64,000 bases of DNA. Origin: a virus. Lineage: Duplodnaviria > Caudoviricetes. The stretch lies in the IMG/VR virus record IMGVR_UViG_3300027974_001530; one strand, written 5' to 3'. Position numbers and translations under genes: made by a program. The notes below the pieces were generated by a model. That model was given only the letters and a program-made list of their open reading frames with translations, had not been told where the DNA came from and searched no databases. Positions 20,148 to 28,591 of the stretch are shown here, piece after piece; the first letter of the stretch is position 1; each line of letters opens with the position of its first letter.

Positions 20148-20558
20148 GGGGGTGTTTTTGGATTTGACAGGTATTGGCTGAGAATAAAGGGCACGTAGAG
20201 ACTGAATTAATCTCTTTAAAAACTGATTCACAAAAACAATCGGCGACGTTTTATCGAAAATGGAAACTCTTGGTTTACTAAGAGGTTCTGAAGTTACTGT
20301 AGCTTAATTAGTTAACGGAAACGGGGGTCGGTGGACACATAACCTAGCAACAGAAGTCCTTTAAGGTGGAATACGACTGAACCCGAAATCGAGTCGTTTA
20401 TTGGTTGTTAGTTTACGATAATGAAGAACAAACTAACCTTGTTTTCGATCAAGTTAAAAATCGAATATTTTGGAACGTTAGAAAATGTTAACCTAAACGT
20501 GTAGTCCTTGTTTGACAGGATATTATGGACCGGAGTTCGAGCCTCCGCACCTCCACCA
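20148..20558 (+). ncRNA. ssrA: tmRNA
   Basis: 5' GGGGGTG..TTTGGATTTGAC; 3' T-arm CGGAG-TTCGAGC-CTCCG and CACCTCC-ACCA with G3:U; tag ORF 20242-20307 GDVLSKMETLGLLRGSEVTVA*. Confidence 0.95.
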
Positions 20559-20641
20559 ATTAAAATCCCCATCTTTATGGTGGGGATAAAAAAAAATAAC
20601 TATCTTTATAAAAAAATCATTAATTTAAACCTTTAATAAAA

Positions 20642-21088
20642 ATGAAAACATTATTTTTTTCTTTAATCATGACATTGTCAAGTTTTTTGTCATTTTCCCA
20701 AAAAAATGTAAATATTTTTGCCACAGACTTTTATGATTTTACTATGACTATAGATGAGTTAATGTATTTTATGAGTACAGACTCAACAATGAATAGATGG
20801 TCATATATGGAAAGTTATGAATCAGATTATTTTATGGTTTTTAATATCAACTTTAAAGAAAATAATGTAATATCAAGTGTTGATGAAGGAGATACGTTAA
20901 AAAATTATCAAATTACATCTAAAAATATTTTAAATAATAAAAATATTTTTTTAAGTATTTCTGACTCTAATAGTAAATCACGAATGGTTGTAGTTTATAA
21001 AAATAATCAACCATTTAGATTGATCACTTACCATATTGAGGGTAATTACGCTATTGGGTATATATCAAAAAACGTAAGTCTACAATAG
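20642..21088 (+). CDS. Hypothetical exported protein
   Basis: Signal-peptide-like N-terminus MKTLFFSLIMTLSSFLSFSQ, similar to 17138..17560. Confidence 0.7.
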   Translation: MKTLFFSLIMTLSSFLSFSQKNVNIFATDFYDFTMTIDELMYFMSTDSTMNRWSYMESYESDYFMVFNINFKENNVISSVDEGDTLKNYQITSKNILNNKNIFLSISDSNSKSRMVVVYKNNQPFRLITYHIEGNYAIGYISKNVSLQ

Positions 21089-21124
21089 ACTTACGTTTTT
21101 TTTATCTCCATAAAAATCTCTTTA

Positions 21125-21622
21125 TTATGCGGTAACGTTATACAATTTACAAATTGCATCAGTCATTTCGCTTCCAGCCGTAAATCCAGGTCGACCCCAA
21201 GTAACTAATACACCTTTTGCGTTTTTAGTTTTACCACCGGCCTTGATTGTGAACGGGTCTTTATATCCTCCTTGGACCACGGCCTTAACCGCAGTTTCTA
21301 CCTCAGCTCTTGTTTTAGGGGTTGTATTAAGGAAAACACCAAATGCCGTCCTTTGATCTATATTTGTTGGGTCTGCCTCTGTGTTAACTACTTGGAAACT
21401 TCCATCTCTCATATTCATTAAATTTCCTAAAGTTTTACTACCCGCAAAATTTACGTCCCATGCCGTCCCATTTTTTTTATATTGTAATTGCGGGAACAAT
21501 GCACTTTTATATCCAGTTACCGAATCAAACGCTAAAACAGTATTTTGAGCAAATCCTTCACTAATTACTCTTCTTACTATTCTTGCAAGATCTGATTCTG
21601 TTAGTCTAATTATTCTTTTCAT
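21125..21622 (-). CDS. Hypothetical protein with RLTESDLARIVRRVISE N-terminal motif
   Basis: ORF track; shared motif. Confidence 0.85.
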   Translation of the reverse strand: MKRIIRLTESDLARIVRRVISEGFAQNTVLAFDSVTGYKSALFPQLQYKKNGTAWDVNFAGSKTLGNLMNMRDGSFQVVNTEADPTNIDQRTAFGVFLNTTPKTRAEVETAVKAVVQGGYKDPFTIKAGGKTKNAKGVLVTWGRPGFTAGSEMTDAICKLYNVTA

Positions 21623-21680
21623 AATGTAAAATTATTTATTTATCTTTAAATATAAATACATCAGTATATAAAAAAAAACA

Positions 21681-21710
21681 AAAAAAAAGGGATCGATTCA
21701 CATCGTCCCT
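21681..21710 (-). terminator. Intrinsic terminator downstream of the large ncRNA
   Basis: AGGGACGAT-GTGA-ATCGATCCC followed by T8. Confidence 0.75.
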
Positions 21711-21749
21711 ATTAATTTTTTTCTTATAAGATTTAACCTAAAAATAAAA

Positions 21750-22620
21750 ACCTGAGATTACAGTTTTTGTAAGTGTCTTTCGAGTCATTATTGGTTCTAC
21801 TCTTATCCACAGGATTTTGTCCTGTAACACTCATTACCGATTGGTTAGACCAATCACTCCTTGACGACATAACTACTCTCTTACTAATCCTGTCTCCTCA
21901 AGATTGCGTCCTGATTCGGTCTTCGACGACCTAGAGATTTTTCATAAAAATACGGTCAAACTTGCGGTTATCACGTTCCACTGACTGCCAGTGAATAGGT
22001 GGGTAACTTCCGTTATATCGTGACGGACACTTTTGCTTTATAGTTTATAAATGTTACTTCATTAACATAAAAGTTTTTGTGTCGTGGATTGGTCAAAGCA
22101 GTGGTCCGTCTTAAGCTTCATTATCTTTTGAATAACAAAATACCAAACTGCCTCGTGAAATGTCCCCATTTCAATATTTCAAGATTACTTCGAGATTAAC
22201 CCCTTGGTAGAAGTTTATCAAGGACAATGTCAGCACCACCTGTTTGTTGTCATACCTTTCGGTTTTAAGTACCCTATCGTACTGAGACCCGCAATAACAA
22301 CATTGGAAATATTGATTCTTGCATCGTCCCTACGAGTTATTCCTATTAGAGTTCCCTCCTCAACAAGATGACCCACATCACCTCATCATAAAATCACTTT
22401 CCCTACACCGTTGGCCTCGGTACTAAAGATTTTATGGTATCTCGCCTGTGTACTCGACCTCAATGATCCGAAGACCATTAAGACGCAAACCCGTTACACT
22501 TGGGGGTTCACTTTATCCTACTTTCGTAGTTTATTTTATGGACTATACACGGCCCAATATCTTTATCAGTTTCATTCTTAAACCCGAAGGTTCTTAACTT
22601 AATCCTGAACGGATAATATC
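21750..22620 (-). ncRNA. Large structured ncRNA, GOLLD/ROOL-like (boundaries approximate)
   Basis: ~870 nt with no ORF of 60 aa or more and GC above the flanks; many hairpins with UUCG/GNRA loops; tandem promoters, boxA and terminator; 3' end GTAATCTCAG resembles GOLLD/ROOL ends as recalled. Confidence 0.65.
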
Positions 22621-22625
22621 TAACT

Positions 22626-22780
22626 TTTCAAAGAACGTTATCGGACTTTTCCGATTTGTTTTACAAAGATAAGAATACTTTTTGAATTTTCCAAATTTTT
22701 TCTAAACTTTTTTTATTTCTTATTTGGACGTTTTCCAAATTTGTTTTACAAAGTTACGACATTTGTTTTGTTTTGTCAAG
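22626..22780 (-). promoter_or_regulatory. Tandem Bacteroidota-type promoters plus boxA-like element
   Basis: CTTG-N20-TAACTTTG (22780-22749), TTTG-N20-TATCTTTG (22695-22664), GTTCTTTGAAA (22636-22626). Confidence 0.8.
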
Positions 22781-22797
22781 TACTTTGTGAACTTTTT

Positions 22798-22947
22798 TTA
22801 ATATTTTTCTACGTAAACTTTAAACGTCCCGTATTTTCTTGCCATAACATCGGCAAATTCAAAATTTGGAGTAAAAAGTCTTTGACCTTTATCGTTAAGG
22901 TAACTAAAAAGTTCGATCTCGATTACTTGTGTTTCTAATTCTGTCAT
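22798..22947 (-). CDS. Small hypothetical protein (49 aa)
   Basis: Manual translation MTELETQVIEIELFSYLNDKGQRLFTPNFEFADVMARKYGTFKVYVEKY. Confidence 0.55.
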   Translation of the reverse strand: MTELETQVIEIELFSYLNDKGQRLFTPNFEFADVMARKYGTFKVYVEKY

Positions 22948-23018
22948 TTTTCTTGTTTTTAAATATACAACAATTATAAACCATATATTTTAAACAGTCA
23001 ACAAAGTCATTAAAAAAA

Positions 23019-24542
23019 TTAAGACCATCCTTGTTGTTTTGCAAATTCTTGCCTTTTTATTTTTGCGGAAGTCCTATCTGAAGGTCTCTCAACATTATCA
23101 ACAATCCAATCTATCCAAGTTCTTACGTCCTTCTCACTGTTAATTTGTTCTTCTTTTATTCTTTTTGACATAAACTCAACTTGTTTATTATAATCAAATA
23201 AAATTCTTAATTTTTCTTCATCTGAAGAAGTATCAACATTTACGTTATAGTTCTTCAAGAATGAAACTCCCATTCCACCACAAATATTATATTGCCATAA
23301 ACCAAAAGAACAGTATTTTTTACCATCAATGTTTATTGATCTATTTGAACTTTCCCCGTAACTTCCTGAATCCCCTTTAGCCTTAACGTTAAAAACACTT
23401 TCACCAAAAGCGTTTGCAACAACTCCTTTGGCGGCATTATCTGAAAGACCATAAGATTTTAAATCATTAAGAAGTTTTATTGGAACTACTTTATCAATTC
23501 CTCCACCTACGTAAATACTTTTATTAACACGTAAAATTTGGTTCCCTTTATCTGTTACAGTATTTGGACAAATATTATTTATTGTTTTAACTAAACTTTT
23601 AACAAATAGTTCATCTCCATAATTCATTTCACTATTAATGTAATCAAATACGTCTTTATATTTTTTCCCATCAATTTCCTTTCTTTCAACCATTTTATTT
23701 AGTTCATCAAGTTCATAACAACTACTTAATTTTTTAATTGCATCATGTATTGAAGTTTCATCGGTACCGATACCTTCTGAAGATAGTATTATTTTATTTA
23801 AGACTCCAGATACGGAATCAGTATTAACATCAACGTCTGTAATACCAAATCTTGAAGCAATACCACTTATATCCGATTCAGGTCTTTTAATATCTAAAGA
23901 ACTTAGAGCGGCTGCGGTTAATCCGGCTGCCGTACCCATTATTGTTTTAGTGTCAATAGGGGTTTCTTCACCTTTACTTGTTGTAATTGATAAATTACCT
24001 AATAAACTATTATCCACACCCTCAATATTACCGTTTACGTCAACGAAATCTTTAACATCACCAACTTTAACTGAAACGTGTGCATGATCAGGAATTCCTA
24101 ACTCACCCTTTACGATATATGCAAGTAATTGACCTTTTTTAATAGGATCCCCATCCTCAACAACAATATTTGTAATATGGGTATAAAAAACGTCAGGATT
24201 ACCACCACTACCCCTAACGGTAATACTGTCACCATAAATTCTTTTACCTCCACTAGATTTTAATCCGGGAGGGTTATCTGTAATTTTATCAACATATCCA
24301 TCGGATATTGAATAAACAGGTGTACCTTCAGGTGCCATTATATCGTAGGCGTTATTACTCCACCAATCCTTTCCTGTTGGGTCTGGATGTCTTGCGGCAT
24401 GTGAATTAGGTCCTCCTCCCCAAGTAGGATCCACTTTATCAAATATTTTAGTTGAAAATTTAGGTGCCGTAGTATCTATTGATTCATTAATTGACATTAA
24501 TGTTTTTATTCTTCTTATTTCTTCAGATAAAAAATGTTTCAT
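23019..24542 (-). CDS. Multidomain peptidoglycan hydrolase: M23 peptidase, annexin-like repeat, phage tail lysozyme
   Basis: YDIMAPEGTPVY..FYTH..HAH (M23); GIGTDE; AAKGVVANAFGES..FGLWQY (lysozyme). Start re-called at MKHFLSEE behind a TATTTATA motif. Confidence 0.85.
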   Translation of the reverse strand: MKHFLSEEIRRIKTLMSINESIDTTAPKFSTKIFDKVDPTWGGGPNSHAARHPDPTGKDWWSNNAYDIMAPEGTPVYSISDGYVDKITDNPPGLKSSGGKRIYGDSITVRGSGGNPDVFYTHITNIVVEDGDPIKKGQLLAYIVKGELGIPDHAHVSVKVGDVKDFVDVNGNIEGVDNSLLGNLSITTSKGEETPIDTKTIMGTAAGLTAAALSSLDIKRPESDISGIASRFGITDVDVNTDSVSGVLNKIILSSEGIGTDETSIHDAIKKLSSCYELDELNKMVERKEIDGKKYKDVFDYINSEMNYGDELFVKSLVKTINNICPNTVTDKGNQILRVNKSIYVGGGIDKVVPIKLLNDLKSYGLSDNAAKGVVANAFGESVFNVKAKGDSGSYGESSNRSINIDGKKYCSFGLWQYNICGGMGVSFLKNYNVNVDTSSDEEKLRILFDYNKQVEFMSKRIKEEQINSEKDVRTWIDWIVDNVERPSDRTSAKIKRQEFAKQQGWS

Positions 24543-24553
24543 ATATGATTTTA

Positions 24554-25036
24554 TCATATAAATACTTCGTCGGGTTGAAACCAACTTGGAATAACCCTGT
24601 TTTTCCAACTAACGATAAGTTTTTTTCCTTCTCGGTAATAATTTCTATATGATTCGATCACATCGTTTCCTATTTTAAATTCATCACCCATCGCTAATGG
24701 TGGGGATGTAAAATCAACATCGTGGATATTTGGTTTATTTATTAAACACCATTCTATTACATCCTGAGATTTGTGTCTTTTACCATATCGATAAGTGTAT
24801 TCTTTACATAACTCCAAACCAAGATCACATAAATAAAGATAATTTGAGAGGGACTCTCTAACCCATATTGAACATGGGTGATTTTTGTGGGATAATTTAT
24901 ATGGGGCCTCATTTCCAATTACCCAGTGAGTCCCACATAAAAGTTGTGCGGTTTCTAATATCATCTTGACAACGTGTTTATCACAATGATATTGAGCGCA
25001 TTTTTTTGTATCAAAATCTAAAAAGAAAATATTCAT
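24554..25036 (-). CDS. Pyrimidine-dimer DNA glycosylase / T4 endonuclease V-like
   Basis: MNIFFLD..CAQYHCDKHVVKMILETAQLL, HKNHPC..W. Confidence 0.85.
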   Translation of the reverse strand: MNIFFLDFDTKKCAQYHCDKHVVKMILETAQLLCGTHWVIGNEAPYKLSHKNHPCSIWVRESLSNYLYLCDLGLELCKEYTYRYGKRHKSQDVIEWCLINKPNIHDVDFTSPPLAMGDEFKIGNDVIESYRNYYREGKKLIVSWKNRVIPSWFQPDEVFI

Positions 25037-25072
25037 ACCGTAAAGATATGAACTTTAATTGTATTTACAAAA

Positions 25073-25681
25073 TTATTGTTGTAAGTGCGTCATTAAAACT
25101 CCACCTAAAGAGGTTGCATGAACCAATAAATGATTTATTGATTCAATGTCAAGTTTTGTTTTTCTTTTTGTGTAATCAAGACCTAAAGTACCTATAAACC
25201 TATCATCAATTGTTTTAATTGCAAATAAGTAACTTGATTTACATCCCGTGTCTTCGGCAATGTATTTTAATCCGTATGTTGCAATTGTTTCATCTTTGAA
25301 GTCGGACACCTCAATTACATCATTACTTAATAATTGATTTATTGATTTTGAAAATAAATTTACGGGAATATTATGAAAATTAGTTTGTACGGATTGAACT
25401 CCTGGATGTACTGTTTCGTACATTATTGAAAACTTAGCCATTGATTTACCTGTTGGGTAGAAGTTACCTCCATTGTGAAATTGAGTTATCCAAACTCTAT
25501 CGGCATTAAATTCATCTTTAATATGTTCTATTTTGTTTGTTACCAACTCCGCAACCCTCAATGTGTCTTTAACCATATCCGGTTTTTCTTTATTCTCTAA
25601 TTTCTTTTTAATATAAAGAAGTAATATGGGACCAACAACTCCTGTTATAAATGCTATTATAATTCCTACATAACTTTCCAT
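25073..25681 (-). CDS. Single-TM protein with GAF-like domain (T4 holin T-like topology)
   Basis: N-terminal TM, then ADRVWITQFHNGG..IGTLGLDY GAF-like pattern. Confidence 0.55.
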   Translation of the reverse strand: MESYVGIIIAFITGVVGPILLLYIKKKLENKEKPDMVKDTLRVAELVTNKIEHIKDEFNADRVWITQFHNGGNFYPTGKSMAKFSIMYETVHPGVQSVQTNFHNIPVNLFSKSINQLLSNDVIEVSDFKDETIATYGLKYIAEDTGCKSSYLFAIKTIDDRFIGTLGLDYTKRKTKLDIESINHLLVHATSLGGVLMTHLQQ

Positions 25682-25686
25682 ATTTA

Positions 25687-26340
25687 TTAAACTTTTTTAA
25701 CTAATGATCTTGAGATTTCAGGTGGAGTTATTTTTCCTACACTTAAAACTTTACTAATTCCGTCTTTTGTTCCCCAAGTATCTAAACTAGAACATTGAGC
25801 AATCTCTTTTGCTCCTTTATTTTTTTTCAATCCATTAACAATACAATCATATCTACCATTTGTCAATGTTTTTACGGTTGCTTCAATACCGTCCTTTTCG
25901 TTTTTATAATTTCTAACACCACTAAGACATTTACCCTCTTTTTTACTTAAACAATTCCAAAACGTAGATTCAGGCATAGATTGTGTTGTGTTAAATGGAT
26001 TGTATGAAGATTTTGCCCCTTCGGCTTGTCTCCAAGAATAAAAAAACGCCATATTTTCCTTTGTTATAGGTGCGTCTATTTTTTCTAAAACTTTTTCGTA
26101 GAATTTTATGTCTTCGTCTGAAGGATCTTCAATTTTGTAACTTTTATATTCTTTTGTTACTTCTCCTGTCTTTTCTTTTTCTTCAAAATCAACTCCAGTT
26201 AATTCTTTAAATTTTTTCTTAATATCTTTTATCGTATCTGATTTTTTTATGGTATCAAGAACATCAGAAAACCAACCTTCCTCAATAGAATTCATTTTTC
26301 TAATTCTGGTTTTTTCCGATTCTGAAATTAATTTCTTCAT
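25687..26340 (-). CDS. Lysozyme-like fold protein, putative virion muramidase
   Basis: W.QAEG..S.YNPFNTT..GVRNY....GIEATVKTL.NGRY. Confidence 0.55.
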   Translation of the reverse strand: MKKLISESEKTRIRKMNSIEEGWFSDVLDTIKKSDTIKDIKKKFKELTGVDFEEKEKTGEVTKEYKSYKIEDPSDEDIKFYEKVLEKIDAPITKENMAFFYSWRQAEGAKSSYNPFNTTQSMPESTFWNCLSKKEGKCLSGVRNYKNEKDGIEATVKTLTNGRYDCIVNGLKKNKGAKEIAQCSSLDTWGTKDGISKVLSVGKITPPEISRSLVKKV

Positions 26341-26377
26341 ATTAATTTGATTTATATGATAAATATTACGTTAAATT

Positions 26378-26405
26378 AAAAACCCCCAAAAAATTTGAGG
26401 GTTTT
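26378..26405 (-). terminator. Intrinsic terminator after holin
   Basis: AAAACCCTCAAA..TTGGGGGTTTTT on minus strand. Confidence 0.65.
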
Positions 26406-26422
26406 ACGTCTATCCACTAAAT

Positions 26423-26590
26423 TTATTTTTTATCGACAATAGACCAAATGGCACCTGTTAATGTCATTGCACCACCGATAATTTCGGTTACTACTGACTC
26501 ACTAGCAAGTCCTTTCATTATAAAGATACCACCAACGAATGTTAATCCGTGTCTGATAATCCCCATAATTTGTTCTTTAGATAATTTCAT
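26423..26590 (-). CDS. Putative small holin (55 aa, two TM, Pam3-gp28-like)
   Basis: Manual translation MKLSKEQIMGIIRHGLTFVGGIFIMKG..GGAMTLTGAIWSIVDKK; immediately downstream of endolysin. Confidence 0.7.
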   Translation of the reverse strand: MKLSKEQIMGIIRHGLTFVGGIFIMKGLASESVVTEIIGGAMTLTGAIWSIVDKK

Positions 26591-26627
26591 AAAATTTATT
26601 TTTTTATAGTTTATTTTATTATAAATA

Positions 26628-27452
26628 TCACTTTAATAAGTTATAGTACTCTTTGAAGTGTTTTATTCTATCAGGTAATCCAATAGTTCCACCATTAACT
26701 CGTTTTGTAACTGCGGTAACTGTGACATCATCCGCCCCCTTATCACATATTGACCAAAGTTTGTTTGAGTCAAAAAAGAACGCTGCCGAAGCCAATGGAT
26801 ATTTGGTCGCAACAAGATCAGGATTTGACACACAATCCTCACCAATAAATTTTGTAAAACTCGTATAATTTCCTTTTCCTGTTAATTGTATGTAACCTCT
26901 ACCTCTAAATTTATAACCTTCTTTTGATGTCTCATCTCCGTTACTCATACGGTTAGCATATACCCTTGATGCGATCTTTTCAGGTTGTTTAGCGTATGAT
27001 TCGGCCAAGTTACCAGGAAAGTATTTACCAAACGTTCTTTTTAATCCGTCAGCAGAATAATTTAAATTTTCTGACACCGCCTTAAATCCTCCTGACTCGT
27101 GTCCACACTGTGATAAAAAGTGAGCAAGTCTAAGATTGGTTGTGATATTAAATTTCTTTGCAGTTTCAGGGATTTGGGCAATAACAACATCAGGAATATG
27201 ACCTTTTAATTTTTCAATGTTTAATGGTCCACCTGAAGGAATTACAAAATCTTCTTTAACTACCTGAGTTGTTCCGAACATTTTAGACCAAGTACCATCA
27301 CCAACAATACCATCTGAGGTTAATCCATTAGATAATTGCCATTCTTTTACCGCTTTTTCTGTTCCATGACCAAATGATCCGTCCGCAGTAAGTCCTAATT
27401 TTGTTTGGAGTTTTTTTACATCCTCTCCTTTGGATCCATTTTTTAATAACAT
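26628..27452 (-). CDS. Endolysin: peptidoglycan-binding domain plus GH19 domain
   Basis: LKNGSKGEDVKKLQ..DGIVGDGT (PG-binding); AHFLSQCGHESGGF, RGRGYIQLTG..NY, RVNGG. Confidence 0.93.
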   Translation of the reverse strand: MLLKNGSKGEDVKKLQTKLGLTADGSFGHGTEKAVKEWQLSNGLTSDGIVGDGTWSKMFGTTQVVKEDFVIPSGGPLNIEKLKGHIPDVVIAQIPETAKKFNITTNLRLAHFLSQCGHESGGFKAVSENLNYSADGLKRTFGKYFPGNLAESYAKQPEKIASRVYANRMSNGDETSKEGYKFRGRGYIQLTGKGNYTSFTKFIGEDCVSNPDLVATKYPLASAAFFFDSNKLWSICDKGADDVTVTAVTKRVNGGTIGLPDRIKHFKEYYNLLK

Positions 27453-27464
27453 AGATTTTTTATT

Positions 27465-28139
27465 TTATTGTTTATTTTCTGTTGCGTATTTTATACCCAT
27501 AATAGTTCCCACTATTGAAAAGGCGTTTGTTAGAAGTATCCCAAATATATTAGACCAAGTAGCACTTATTACTTGAGTATCTTTACCCATTATAAGAGTA
27601 AAAACATACACTCCTGTGGTAACAATACCAACACCAATAATAATATAAAGAGCAACTTTTACTATATTGGATATTAATTCTGTTTGGTTTCTTTTTTGGA
27701 GTATATCCAAGTCGTTTAATGCGTTTGTTTTTGCCGTTTCTGACTGAATTCTAGCCTGTTCAGATTTAATCATTTCTTTTTGAAGTTCCTGTTGGATTTT
27801 TTCATTCCCCACTCTCCAATCCATCAATTCCTCGTTCTGTTTTTCTATTTGTTCTTTTTGTTCCTCAGCTTCTTTTAATGTTAACTGAAGATCTTCCATC
27901 ATTTTTTGATTTTCCACATTTAGATTTGATAACTCATTATTTTGCGTTTGAATTTTTTTTGTTATCTCCAATCTTTTACGTCTTGAATCTTTGTCTTTCT
28001 CCGAACACTTAGTTAAGTATGATTTAAATTCATCATTATCTGTTTCAAACAACTTGATAATATTTCCCTCAATCCCAATATTTTTGGAATCAAAGAGTTT
28101 AATTAAATTTTCTTCACTATTTGTATCTAACTTTATCAT
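27465..28139 (-). CDS. Coiled-coil protein with two C-terminal TM helices
   Basis: Heptad-rich middle, two hydrophobic segments; ATGA overlap with the receiver gene. Confidence 0.8.
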   Translation of the reverse strand: MIKLDTNSEENLIKLFDSKNIGIEGNIIKLFETDNDEFKSYLTKCSEKDKDSRRKRLEITKKIQTQNNELSNLNVENQKMMEDLQLTLKEAEEQKEQIEKQNEELMDWRVGNEKIQQELQKEMIKSEQARIQSETAKTNALNDLDILQKRNQTELISNIVKVALYIIIGVGIVTTGVYVFTLIMGKDTQVISATWSNIFGILLTNAFSIVGTIMGIKYATENKQ

Positions 28140-28573
28140 TTATATACTTTAAAAGGTAATGTTCTATTTTTATACCCCTCATAATCCTTTCTGAACTCTT
28201 CTAAACGAGGTTCAATATCATCTGATTTAATAATCCAGAATTGAGCACCAGCCTGGAGCGCTTTTGCTTGTTCTTCCGGTTCGTTTGATGATGATATGAT
28301 ACCAATAACTACGTGATTACCATATTCAAAATTAACTTTTCTAATTAACTCTATACCATCAAAAGAACTACCAATTATGTTTAAGTCAACAAACACACAT
28401 TCAGGTTTATCATTATTGTCACCATCCTGGAACCATTTTTGAAATAGTTTTGCTGCCTCGTCAGAACTATTTAACGCATTTAAAGACAAACTTATGTCAA
28501 GTAACGAACAAGCGTCTTCAAATACCAAATGGAATAAATCCTCATCATCTACTAATAAAATTGAATCAATCAT
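28136..28573 (-). CDS. Stand-alone response regulator receiver
   Basis: LLVDD acidic pocket, FVDLN phospho-Asp, ISSS, WIIKS lysine. Confidence 0.92.
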   Translation of the reverse strand: MIDSILLVDDEDLFHLVFEDACSLLDISLSLNALNSSDEAAKLFQKWFQDGDNNDKPECVFVDLNIIGSSFDGIELIRKVNFEYGNHVVIGIISSSNEPEEQAKALQAGAQFWIIKSDDIEPRLEEFRKDYEGYKNRTLPFKVYK

Positions 28574-28591
28574 TTTTTTCTTTTTTGTTTT

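Noticed and set aside
21750-22620. Large RNA as rRNA, RNase P RNA or group I/II intron
   Set aside because: No universal rRNA motifs, no RNase P P4 signature, and no interrupted flanking gene
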